A DNA stretch of 64,000 bases from positions 352,001 to 416,000 of the forward strand of contig OZ245033.1 in NCBI GenBank assembly GCA_965224025.1. Reading direction: 5' to 3'. Position 1 is the stretch's first letter, and each line of letters starts with the position of its first letter. Origin of the DNA: Candidatus Multivorans sp. GTDB taxonomy: Bacteria; Acidobacteriota; Thermoanaerobaculia; Multivoradales; Multivoraceae. Below are positions 30,224 to 39,814 of this stretch, in pieces. Position numbers and translations under genes: made by a program. Under the pieces are notes generated by a model that saw only the letters and a list, made by a program, of their open reading frames with translations, searched no databases and had not been told where the DNA came from.

Positions 30224-32917
30224 GTGAAAGCAATCGCCCGCAAGTCACTCATTGGAATCTGCGCTATCGCCCTTTGCGCCTTGCCGCTATCGGCAGACGG
30301 TCCGCAGACAGGAACCATCGACGGAACCGTGACCGATGCCGAGGGCGACGGCCTGCCCGGCGTCACCGTCATCCTTACCGGACCTCAGAATACGAGGACC
30401 GAAATGACCGACGCCGAGGGCAAGTACCGCTTCGCCCTGCTCCAGGCTGGGGCCTACACGGTCAACGCAGCCCTCGAGGGCCTGGGCACGGCCGAGCGGG
30501 CAGTCGCCCTCGAAATGGGGCAGCGCCACGACGTCGCGCTCACTCTGCAGACAGCCACTTCCGAGACCATCACCGTCACCGCCGAGGCGGCACTGATCTC
30601 CAAGTACGACATCGGCGCCACCTCTGCGATCCAGGAGGAGGCACTCGAGAACGTCACCTTCGCCACGCGCAACTACAACACGAGCGTCCAAATGATGCCG
30701 GGCTTGGTAACCCGCAGAAAGCAGGACTATGCCCGCGTTTCAGTTAACGGAGGCATCAGCACCGAGCTCGGCGTCTTCATCGACGGCGTCGACGTCAGCA
30801 TGCCCCGTCGTGGCGGCGAGCTGCGCTTTCAGATCCCGTCGACCGCAATCACCAATACCCGGATGGAAACGTCGGGTTTCGCCCCCGAGTACGGCCGCGC
30901 GACCAGCGGTGTCATGAACTCGACGATCAAGACCGGCACCAACACCCTCCACGGCGATTTTCTCTATATCGGCCAGAACCCGAAGTGGCGGTCCGAGGAC
31001 TGGCTCGGGATCGAGCGTCCTGACGATCAGATCAGCAGCTTCGAGGCCGGCCTCGGTGGGCCGCTCTGGCGCGACAAGGCCTGGTTCTTCGCTTCCTACA
31101 ACCAACTGAATGACAACCGGCTCGACCGAACGCGGTCTGGCGAAACATTCAATGTCACTCGCACATCAGAACCGCTCATCGGCAAGGTGAACTTCCAGCC
31201 CGGGAGCCGCCATCAGGTCGCGCTGACGTTGATCGACTCGCCGTCCTCAGCGATCGGTGCCGCGGCAGTCGGCGACCAGTACGCCGTCATGACCTTTCCG
31301 ATCAACAACAGGCTCCAGACCGGGACCTGGAGCTACGCCATGACCAGCTCCGCGTTCCTCGAAGCCAAGCTGGCCAACCGCGAAGAGTTTGTGGGACGCG
31401 TTGCTGCCCCCCCCGCCCCGATCATGCCCGACGTGTCTTTTGACGATCCCAACGGCAACGACTTCCGCTACCAAGATCTCAACGACGGTTTGCGATACAA
31501 CGGTCCCTCGATACGCCTGGGCGCCGGGTTCAACGACTATCCCCGCGATCAGGCGAATGTCTCGGTGACCCTGTTCCAGGGAAATCACGAGCTCAAGGGC
31601 GGCGTCGACTTCCAGGACGTCACTTTCGAAAACCTGACCAGCATCGGGACCGAGTATCGCGGCCGCGGTTTCTGCCGAGAGTGCACCGGAGGCTTCCTCA
31701 CGCCATCCACCAAGCGGGTCTTCGAGCTCGGCCCGCCGATCTCGATGAATACCCTTATGAGTGCAGCCTATGTCCAGGACCGGTTCGAGGTCGGTGACAA
31801 GCTGACCTTCAACGTGGGGCTGCGCTACGACGAACAGTCGATCGACAACGACCGCAACGAGCGAGTCAACGAGTACAGCGTGTGGGCGCCGCGCGCAACC
31901 GTGGTCTACGACATCAACGCCGACGGCACGCTGCTGGTGCGCGGCAGCTTGGGGCGCTACTACCACAACGTCGGCCTCGGTGTCGTCTTCACGGAATTCA
32001 CCCGCGGCAACAACGGTGAGAACATCTACGAGCAGTTCCTCTTCAACCGTGCGACGGGGTTTTACGACCGCTTTCAGCGCCGTGTCGAGCCGTCCCCCAG
32101 TGACGCTATCGCGGGCATCGAGCCCCACTACAAAGACGAGGCCTCGTTGGGCTTCGACTGGCAGTTCGCCGATAACTGGATCTTCACCTCGCGCTTCACC
32201 GTAAGCGAGATTGACAACATCTTCAGCGCCAGCCTTCAGTACGACGAGGCCGGCGCCGTCGTCCGCGATCTGCGCAACTGGCCCAACAACACACGTGAGC
32301 ATCAGGGTCTCACGATGGCGGTCAACCGAGCGTTTCGTAACAACTGGTCGGTGAACGCCAACGTGAGTTTTCTCCCCACCAACGGCACCATCGATTCCAT
32401 CACAGACAATTCCGATCACAATGAAGCCATGGGTGGCTGCACGCTGCCGGGAGGAGGTGGCCTTTGCAACATCACCAGCACATCCTCTTGGGACGGAGCG
32501 CTCGCGGTGGACAGGGACTACTTGGTCAACCTAGTCGGCATGAAGCGTTGGGTGTTGGGCAAGGGTGACGTCATGACCAGTGCCTTCTTCCACTATTCCG
32601 CCGGTGAAGCCTGGGGATTGGGGCCCAGCGCGAATGTCTTTCACCCGGTCTCCGGACAGAGAATCCGTACTACGGGTCGCACCGAACCGAGGGACGCCAA
32701 TACCCTCGAGGACTACTACACCCTCAGCTTGAATGCGACCTACCAGTTCCCGATCGGCGGCGGTAGGTTTCAGGGCATTATCGGCGCTGAGGCCTCCAAC
32801 GTCACCGACGAGTCGCACCAGGTCCGCGTCAACACACGGAACGGCAACCTGACCACTGGGGTCGATGCTTTCACTCTTCCGCGGGAGTTCCGCCTCAAGC
32901 TCGGTTTCAGATTCTAA
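30224..32917 (+). CDS. Oar-like TonB-dependent receptor with carboxypeptidase-regulatory N-domain
   Basis: GTIDGTVTD...LPGVTV, EYGRATSG, GGPLWRDKAWFF, C-terminal LGFRF. Confidence 0.92.
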   Translation: MKAIARKSLIGICAIALCALPLSADGPQTGTIDGTVTDAEGDGLPGVTVILTGPQNTRTEMTDAEGKYRFALLQAGAYTVNAALEGLGTAERAVALEMGQRHDVALTLQTATSETITVTAEAALISKYDIGATSAIQEEALENVTFATRNYNTSVQMMPGLVTRRKQDYARVSVNGGISTELGVFIDGVDVSMPRRGGELRFQIPSTAITNTRMETSGFAPEYGRATSGVMNSTIKTGTNTLHGDFLYIGQNPKWRSEDWLGIERPDDQISSFEAGLGGPLWRDKAWFFASYNQLNDNRLDRTRSGETFNVTRTSEPLIGKVNFQPGSRHQVALTLIDSPSSAIGAAAVGDQYAVMTFPINNRLQTGTWSYAMTSSAFLEAKLANREEFVGRVAAPPAPIMPDVSFDDPNGNDFRYQDLNDGLRYNGPSIRLGAGFNDYPRDQANVSVTLFQGNHELKGGVDFQDVTFENLTSIGTEYRGRGFCRECTGGFLTPSTKRVFELGPPISMNTLMSAAYVQDRFEVGDKLTFNVGLRYDEQSIDNDRNERVNEYSVWAPRATVVYDINADGTLLVRGSLGRYYHNVGLGVVFTEFTRGNNGENIYEQFLFNRATGFYDRFQRRVEPSPSDAIAGIEPHYKDEASLGFDWQFADNWIFTSRFTVSEIDNIFSASLQYDEAGAVVRDLRNWPNNTREHQGLTMAVNRAFRNNWSVNANVSFLPTNGTIDSITDNSDHNEAMGGCTLPGGGGLCNITSTSSWDGALAVDRDYLVNLVGMKRWVLGKGDVMTSAFFHYSAGEAWGLGPSANVFHPVSGQRIRTTGRTEPRDANTLEDYYTLSLNATYQFPIGGGRFQGIIGAEASNVTDESHQVRVNTRNGNLTTGVDAFTLPREFRLKLGFRF

Positions 32918-32954
32918 CCACGCCCGGCGCGACGCTCGTGCGATCAGAATCGCC

Positions 32955-34559
32955 ATGAAAGAGAACTCGACCCGCTCGGGTATCAACCTGTCACCCGTCT
33001 ACGGGCCCTCCGATTCCAACGGGGACTACAGCAAGCGCTTCGGCAATCCGGGCGAGTACCCGTTTACCCGCGGAACCCGAGCCTATTCCGGGCGGGGCTG
33101 GATTCAGCGCGAGTTGTCAGGCGAGGGCGATCCCAAACGCTCGAACGAGCAGTTCAAGTACCTGATGACTCTCGGCCAGACCGGTCTCGATGTGATCGGT
33201 GACAGTCCCACCATGTCGCTGATGGATCCCGATCATCCACTCGCGCGATATACCGTTGGCACGCAGGGCGTCTCGCTCTGTCGTCATGATGATTACCGCG
33301 AATTGCTCGACGATATCCCGCTCGACCAGATGTCGATGTCGAGTTCCGGTCCGTCGATGTTCACGGTGGCGAGCCTCTATCTGCTCGCGAAGGAACGCGG
33401 TGTCTCGCCAGGCGTGCTCCGCGGCTCCGTGATCGAGTGGCCGTTCTATTCCGAACATTGCTCCTATGCGTACAAGATGCCCTTCGATCTCCACCTGCGG
33501 ATGTCCTGCGACGTCATCGAGTTCTGCAGCAACGAGATGCCGAGATTTCACGGCTATCTCGAAGACACTTATTTCTTCAGTGAAGCGGGCCTGAACGCAG
33601 TCGAGGAGGCGGCCCTCGGCTTTGTCGAAATCCGCCACATCGTGCGCACGCTTCTCGCACGCGGTCTCGACGTCGACAGCTTCGCCCCGCGCATCGCCAT
33701 CCTCACGAATTGCTCGATGGACTTCTACGAGGAGATCGCGAAAATCCGCGCCATGCGTCGCATCTTCGCGCGCATGATGAAAGACGAATTCGGCGCCAGG
33801 GACCCGCGCTCGCAGGCGGTCAACATCGCAGTGCACACCTCGGGACTTTCGCTGACGACCGAGCAGCCGGCCAATAACATCGTGCGTGGCGCGGTGCAGA
33901 CGGTCGCACTCGGATTGGCCGGGGTCAGCGCGCTCGAGATCTCGACCTTTGATGAGGGCTACCGAACCCCCAGCAAGGAGGCGCATCTAGTCGGGCTGCG
34001 CACGCAGCAGGTGATTGACCTCGAGACGAATATCAACAGCGTGCAGGATCCCTTCGGGGGATCGTGGTTCATGGAGTCGCTCACCGATGAGGTCGAGGCC
34101 AGGATTCTGGATATGGTCAACGACATCGAGTCGCGCGGAGATCCGGCCGAGCTGGTCAGCAGTGGTTACTTCAAACAGTTCTTCCACGGCACGATGGGCC
34201 GCTACCACCACCAGGTGCGCGACGGGGAAGTGTTGAAGGTCGGAATGAACGTGCACCAGATGCCCGCGGAGCAGGACACGCTGCTGCGCGATATCAGCGA
34301 AGAGAAGATCGAACCGCTGTTCGATCGAGTCAAGGAGATAGCGGCTTACCGCGACAAGCGCGATCAGAAACCGTTGCTGGACTCCTTTCAGCGATTGCAC
34401 GACGTCGTGCAGACCGACGAGAACATGCTTGAAGCGGTGCTCGAATGCACGCTGGCCGGGGCAACCATGGGTGAGATTGCCGGCATTCTCCGTCAGGCCT
34501 GGGGCACCCCCTACGACCCCTACGGTCATCTCGAGTCGCCCATCGGAAGTGCGCAATGA
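32955..34559 (+). CDS. Adenosylcobalamin-dependent acyl-CoA mutase, large subunit (divergent)
   Basis: PGEYPFTRG, GQTGL, EIAKIRAMRR, HTSGLSLT, DPFGGSWFME. Confidence 0.9.
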   Translation: MKENSTRSGINLSPVYGPSDSNGDYSKRFGNPGEYPFTRGTRAYSGRGWIQRELSGEGDPKRSNEQFKYLMTLGQTGLDVIGDSPTMSLMDPDHPLARYTVGTQGVSLCRHDDYRELLDDIPLDQMSMSSSGPSMFTVASLYLLAKERGVSPGVLRGSVIEWPFYSEHCSYAYKMPFDLHLRMSCDVIEFCSNEMPRFHGYLEDTYFFSEAGLNAVEEAALGFVEIRHIVRTLLARGLDVDSFAPRIAILTNCSMDFYEEIAKIRAMRRIFARMMKDEFGARDPRSQAVNIAVHTSGLSLTTEQPANNIVRGAVQTVALGLAGVSALEISTFDEGYRTPSKEAHLVGLRTQQVIDLETNINSVQDPFGGSWFMESLTDEVEARILDMVNDIESRGDPAELVSSGYFKQFFHGTMGRYHHQVRDGEVLKVGMNVHQMPAEQDTLLRDISEEKIEPLFDRVKEIAAYRDKRDQKPLLDSFQRLHDVVQTDENMLEAVLECTLAGATMGEIAGILRQAWGTPYDPYGHLESPIGSAQ

Positions 34560-34960
34560 GTCCGATTCGCGTGCTGGTCGGCGTGCTGGGCATGGACCAG
34601 CACGAACTGGGCGCAGTCGGCATCGCCAGGATGCTTCGCGACCAGGGTATGGAGGTGATCTATACCGGTTGTTTCAATACCCCGGAGACCATCGTGCAGA
34701 CTGCCATTGAAGAGGACGCGGATGTCATCGGCATCAGCTCTCATTCCTGGGAGTATCTGTACTACACACCCGAACTACTCGAGCTGCTGAAACAGAACGA
34801 CCTCGATGTGCCCGTGGTCCTCGGTGGTTCGGTCATTACCGAGGAGGACGCCGAGAAGATGCTTGACAAGGGTGTCGCGGCGGTATTCGGATCCGGTAGC
34901 GTAGTGACCGACATGATCGATACCGTCAGAAATCTGGCGGCCAGTGCCGCGACATCCTGA
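34556..34960 (+). CDS. Cobalamin-binding small subunit of the mutase
   Basis: DQHELG (DxHxxG), IGISS, LGG; ATGA overlap. Confidence 0.92.
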   Translation: MSPIRVLVGVLGMDQHELGAVGIARMLRDQGMEVIYTGCFNTPETIVQTAIEEDADVIGISSHSWEYLYYTPELLELLKQNDLDVPVVLGGSVITEEDAEKMLDKGVAAVFGSGSVVTDMIDTVRNLAASAATS

Positions 34961-35915
34961 GCCCACAGTCGACGAGTTGGTTGCCGGCACGATTCGCGGC
35001 GACCTTCGGTCGGCGTCGCGGCTCATCCGGATTATTGACGACGGCGGCGCGCTCGCGTGGGACGCGCTGAAGCGACTGTTCCCGCACTCCGGGTCGGCGC
35101 TCGTCCTTGGTATCACCGGTCCTCCCGGCGCAGGGAAAAGCACTCTTGCTGATTGCCTGATCCAAAGTGCGCGGCAGTCCGGGAAGACCGTCGGCGTGCT
35201 CGCTGTCGATCCCAGCAGCCCCATTTCTGGCGGCGCGATTCTGGGCGATCGCATTCGCATGAATCGCTTCGCGCTCGATCAGGAAGTATTCATCCGTTCG
35301 CTCGCCAGCCGGGGTCATTTTGGCGGGATCACACCGGCTACTCGCGGTGCCATACGCGTCATGGATGCGATGGGGAAAGATTTAGTTCTGGTCGAGACAG
35401 TCGGCGTCGGGCAAGACGAGGTCGACATCGCCCGCCTTGCGCACACGACGCTCGTCGTCACAGTTCCGGGGCTCGGCGACGAGATCCAGGCAATGAAGGC
35501 CGGCATCCTCGAAGTCGGCGACGTCTTTATCGTGAACAAGGCGGACCGTCCAGACGCGGACAAGACGGTCGCCTATCTCGAGAACGTCTTCCGTCGGATC
35601 CCGGCAGGTCATTGGCGCCCCCCGGTGATCGAGGCCCAGGCGTTGCACAACAAGGGCATCGAGGACATCTGGCAGGCGATCGTTCAACATCAGAACCACC
35701 GCGAGGAAGCCGGCCCGGAACAGCGCGCGCGCGAGCGCGCCAACTGCGAGGTTGAGTTAAGGGCCTTTCTTCAACAAGGGCTTCAGCGCGAACTGGCAAG
35801 ACAACTCGACAACGAGCCCGAGATCCAGAAGTCGGTGCAGAGCATCCTCGATGGACAGGCCGACATCTATGCGGCCACGGACGACATCCTCGGCAAACTC
35901 GGGTTGTTACCTTGA
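34944..35915 (+). CDS. meaB: MeaB/ArgK GTPase mutase chaperone
   Basis: GPPGAGKST, VDPSSPISGGAILGDRIRM, ETVGVGQDE, NKAD. Confidence 0.95.
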   Translation: MPRHPEPTVDELVAGTIRGDLRSASRLIRIIDDGGALAWDALKRLFPHSGSALVLGITGPPGAGKSTLADCLIQSARQSGKTVGVLAVDPSSPISGGAILGDRIRMNRFALDQEVFIRSLASRGHFGGITPATRGAIRVMDAMGKDLVLVETVGVGQDEVDIARLAHTTLVVTVPGLGDEIQAMKAGILEVGDVFIVNKADRPDADKTVAYLENVFRRIPAGHWRPPVIEAQALHNKGIEDIWQAIVQHQNHREEAGPEQRARERANCEVELRAFLQQGLQRELARQLDNEPEIQKSVQSILDGQADIYAATDDILGKLGLLP

Positions 35916-36941
35916 TGCCGCCAACGCCGCCTCTTCTGCGCGCGCCCCGGCGAGGATCCCCTCCAGGCCGTAGTTGCCCTCGTGACAGGCGAACTCGAAG
36001 AGATCGTCGGGCGACTTCTTGAGCGGGATCATCACGGTCCACGGCTCCGTCCAGGTCTTTGGATCGTCGAGCGTGACCACGTACTCCAGGGTCTCGGGCC
36101 CCACCCGAGTCAGCCGTTCCACAAGCTGCAAGTTGCCGGTCGCTCCCCGGTAGCCACCGGCGTCCGAGAAGTTGCGGGTCTCGATGACCAGAGTCTCACC
36201 TTCCCAGTGACCCCTCGAGTCGCCGTGCCAAAGCCGGACGTCCTCCGGCAGGTGGGGCCTGCCGTCGATCGGGACGACGCGCGCGTCGTGAATCATCTCC
36301 ATGAGCAGGACGACATGGTCCTCGCCCTGAAAAATCTGGGTGTAGCTGTTGTAGGCGGCGCGGAGCCGAGGTACGCCGAAGGAGATGCAGCGCTCGGTGA
36401 GGCTGCGATCCTCCGGACCCGCTGCCGGTTGATTCCTGGCCGCACGGAACCCGGCGGCACGCTTCTCGCCTTCGTCCGTCAGGGCGGGCAGGCGGCCGTT
36501 TGGAGGGTCGACGATCAGCGACGTACGCTTGTCCCAGTCGCGCTCGGCGACCCAGAACTGGTTGTAGTTGCCGGTGGCGGCGTCCGTCGACGTGAACGAC
36601 TCTGTTCCGTTCAGAGCGGCGTTGAAGACGCTGTCGCCAAACGCGGCATCGTCACTATCGAGAGCGAAGAGCGACTCCGCCCTCTGCTGGATCGCGGCCA
36701 GTTCGGCGTCGGTGAGGGTCTCCCGACCAGCCAGGGCCTCGGGCCGCTCGAGCGGAGTAGCGTTGTTGTTGGCCCAGACCCCCTGGAGATCAGGCTGACC
36801 GAAGACGTTGCGCGGCGCCTTCCAGCCGCTGTCGGCGGCCGCCCCGGCTGCGGCGACGGCCGGCACGACCCCTACGATTCCTACGAGAGCCAGGGCGAAC
36901 GGCAGCCGGGTCAGCGGCGTTGCTGCGCAGCGGCAAGTCAT
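35907..36941 (-). CDS. Conserved secreted hypothetical protein (PDLQG...FEFACHEGNY)
   Basis: Signal peptide; paralogue of 29000-30076. Confidence 0.85.
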   Translation of the reverse strand: MTCRCAATPLTRLPFALALVGIVGVVPAVAAAGAAADSGWKAPRNVFGQPDLQGVWANNNATPLERPEALAGRETLTDAELAAIQQRAESLFALDSDDAAFGDSVFNAALNGTESFTSTDAATGNYNQFWVAERDWDKRTSLIVDPPNGRLPALTDEGEKRAAGFRAARNQPAAGPEDRSLTERCISFGVPRLRAAYNSYTQIFQGEDHVVLLMEMIHDARVVPIDGRPHLPEDVRLWHGDSRGHWEGETLVIETRNFSDAGGYRGATGNLQLVERLTRVGPETLEYVVTLDDPKTWTEPWTVMIPLKKSPDDLFEFACHEGNYGLEGILAGARAEEAALAASR

Positions 36942-36966
36942 CGCGATCTCCTTTCACGGAAGTATT

Positions 36967-37890
36967 CTAGTCGGCGATAACGCGCGCCAGAAAGCCGCGG
37001 ATTACCTCGTAGGCCGCCCGCGTCTGCTCGGCGCTGAAACGGCCGTGGCCGCCTCCGGGGATGGTGTGCAGCTTGTTCGCGACTCCGGCTTCCTCGAGCT
37101 TTGCGTGCAGCCGGACGGCGTGGTCGTAAGGCACGTTCGGGTCGGCGTCGCCGTGAATGGTGAGGATCGGCGGCAGGTCGTCGCGCACCATGTTGAGCGG
37201 CGAGAGCTGTTTGCCGAGCTCGCTTCTGTTCGGCAGGCTTCCCATCCACGCCACTGCGTAGGTCCTGGCGTTCTCCCCCTCGACAAGGTCCGGCACGTCG
37301 GTGATGCCGTACCAATTGACGATCGCCGCGACAGGCATCTCCTCCACCACCGCGTCGGCGGAGGTGGGGGAGCGCTGCGGACACCGATTGTCGAAGCCGT
37401 CGCCGGCAGTCAGCATGCCGGTGGTCAGCGATAGATGGCCTCCTGCCGAGTGACCGGTAACGACGAGCCGATCGACGTCGAGGTCGTACTGCTCGGCGTT
37501 ATTGCGGATCCATCGCAGCGCGCAGCGGCAGTCCTCTACCGCACCGGGGGCGAGAGCGACGCGGCCAAGCCGGTACTCGACGTTGACCACGGCCCACCCC
37601 ATGCTGAGATAGGGCATTAGACGCATGAGGTTGCTCTCCTTCGTGCCGCTGACCCAGCCACCGCCGTGGATGTATACCAACGTCGGGGTGAGCGCCGGGT
37701 CTTCTCCCTGAAGCGGCAGGATCAGATCGAGCTTCAACTCGTAGCCGTCGGCAACCAGGTAGGTCTGGTTCGGGATCACTCGGAAGTAACTCTCGGCCTC
37801 CGCCGCCCAGTTGGCGGGAACGCTCGGCTGCGCCGCTGTACCTCCGGCCGCAAGAGCCAAGGCAAGTAGTGGCAAAGAAACGCTTCGCAT
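36967..37890 (-). CDS. Secreted alpha/beta hydrolase (HSL-like esterase)
   Basis: HGGGW, GHSAGG, HGDAD, GGH. Confidence 0.9.
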   Translation of the reverse strand: MRSVSLPLLALALAAGGTAAQPSVPANWAAEAESYFRVIPNQTYLVADGYELKLDLILPLQGEDPALTPTLVYIHGGGWVSGTKESNLMRLMPYLSMGWAVVNVEYRLGRVALAPGAVEDCRCALRWIRNNAEQYDLDVDRLVVTGHSAGGHLSLTTGMLTAGDGFDNRCPQRSPTSADAVVEEMPVAAIVNWYGITDVPDLVEGENARTYAVAWMGSLPNRSELGKQLSPLNMVRDDLPPILTIHGDADPNVPYDHAVRLHAKLEEAGVANKLHTIPGGGHGRFSAEQTRAAYEVIRGFLARVIAD

Positions 37891-38089
37891 GGGTCCTCCC
37901 TTCGCTGCTGCGGCAGCGGTTCTCGATCGTGCTTTCGACGAGAATGCGTAGCCTATACGTCTCAGGGTCAGCCTACGGCCGACGTAAGGCCGTAGCCAGC
38001 CAATATCGTGCGCGGAGTTCCAGCCCGACTTCGCCAAGCTAGCCGAGGAGTCACCATGGCGAGTGTAGAGTTCATCGCTGGAGGTTGAC

Positions 38090-39793
38090 ATGAAGTGTCG
38101 CGCATTAGTCACAGCCTACATATGCGCCGCCTTCGCCATGGCGACGGCGAATCTCGCCCAGGCCCAGGGCCGGGACTTCACCCCGGTCACCGATGCGATG
38201 CTCCAGAATCCCGACCCGGCGGACTGGTTGAGCTGGAGGCGCACCCTGAACGCATGGGGGTACAGCCCGCTTGAACAGATCGACCGGAGCAATGTCGATG
38301 AGCTCCGGCTCGCTTGGTCCTGGGGCCTCGAACCCGGAGTGTCGCAGACGACGCCGATCGTGCACGACGACGTCATGTATGTCGCGAACCCAGGCAATGT
38401 GGTCCAGGCGCTCGACGCGCGCACCGGCGACTTCATCTGGGAGTACCGCCGTGAGCTGGACGTGCGACGCCGAAGCGCGGCGCAGACACGCAGCATGGCC
38501 GTCTACCAGGATCTGGTGATCCTGAACACGGTCGATGCGCACATCGTCGGGCTGGATGCCCGGACGGGCGAGGCGCGTTGGGATACGCCGGTCGGGGGCG
38601 ATCAGGAGGGCTTTACCTTTTCGAACGGACCGATCGTCGCCGATGGGACGATCGTCGCCGGGCTGACGGGCTGCGGGCGTTACCGTGACGACACCTGCTA
38701 CGTCGTCGGCGTCGACGGCCGCACCGGCCGGTTGCTCTGGCGAACCTCGACCATCGCCCGGCCCGGCGAGAGCGGCGGCGACACCTGGGGCGATCTGCCG
38801 CTCATGTTTCGCGCGGGGAGCGACGCGTGGATGACCGGGAGCTATGACCCGGTCACCGGGCTCGTCTACTGGGGTACGTCGCAGCCCAAGCCGCACAACC
38901 GGGACGCACGCGGCACCGACGGTGACGCCCTGTACAGCAACTCGACGCTCGCGCTCGACCCTGGGACCGGTGAGATGAGGTGGTACTACCAGCACATCCC
39001 GGGCGATGCGCACGATATGGACGAGTCGTTCGAGCGCATCCTGATCGACTACGACGGCAAGCGTTCGCTGTTCACGATGGGCAAGCTCGGGATTCTCTGG
39101 GAAATCGACCGCGTCACGGGCGAATTCGGGCGCGCGATCGACCTCGGCTATCAGAACATCCTGGATGTCGACTCGCAGACCGGTGAGGTGACTTACCGGG
39201 ACGGGATGCTAACGGATGTCGGCGAGGAGCTCTCCTTCTGCCCCAGTACTGCCGGCTTCAAGAGCCTGCGGGCGATGGCGTATCACCCCGGGACCGAGGC
39301 GTTGTACGTGCCGCTCAATCTCAGCTGTCAGACCGTCACCTTCGGCCCGGTCGAGAAACGCGCCGGGGGCGGCGGTGGCGGCAGCAGGCCCGGAAGGACG
39401 AATCACTTTCATCCGCAGGCGCCGAACCAACTGGGCGAGTTTCGAGCGCTGGACTTGCGGACCGGCGAGACCCTCTGGCGCCATCGCCTCCGGGTGCCCT
39501 ACAACACGGCGGCGCTGACGACCGGCGGGGACCTGGTGTTCATCGGCGACTGGGGCCGGCACGTCTTCGCCTACGACGTGCGGAACGGCGAGCCGCTCTG
39601 GCAGAGCCGTCTCCCGACGATGGCGAACGGATTCCCGATCACTTATGCCGTCGACGGCAAGCAGTTCGTCGCGTTCGTGGCCGGCCCGTCGATCAGCCGC
39701 TCGAGCTGGGCGACAGTTCTCCCGGCCGACCTCATACCTGAAGAGCACAACCCGCGGGGCGGTAGCGGCGTCTTCGTGTTCGCGTTGCCCTAG
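38090..39793 (+). CDS. PQQ-binding dehydrogenase, paralogue of 16678-18807
   Basis: YSPLEQID, GCGRYRDD, GGDTWGDLP, GKQFVA. Confidence 0.9.
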   Translation: MKCRALVTAYICAAFAMATANLAQAQGRDFTPVTDAMLQNPDPADWLSWRRTLNAWGYSPLEQIDRSNVDELRLAWSWGLEPGVSQTTPIVHDDVMYVANPGNVVQALDARTGDFIWEYRRELDVRRRSAAQTRSMAVYQDLVILNTVDAHIVGLDARTGEARWDTPVGGDQEGFTFSNGPIVADGTIVAGLTGCGRYRDDTCYVVGVDGRTGRLLWRTSTIARPGESGGDTWGDLPLMFRAGSDAWMTGSYDPVTGLVYWGTSQPKPHNRDARGTDGDALYSNSTLALDPGTGEMRWYYQHIPGDAHDMDESFERILIDYDGKRSLFTMGKLGILWEIDRVTGEFGRAIDLGYQNILDVDSQTGEVTYRDGMLTDVGEELSFCPSTAGFKSLRAMAYHPGTEALYVPLNLSCQTVTFGPVEKRAGGGGGGSRPGRTNHFHPQAPNQLGEFRALDLRTGETLWRHRLRVPYNTAALTTGGDLVFIGDWGRHVFAYDVRNGEPLWQSRLPTMANGFPITYAVDGKQFVAFVAGPSISRSSWATVLPADLIPEEHNPRGGSGVFVFALP

Positions 39794-39814
39794 GTCTGAG
39801 GCGAGGAGAGCGCC

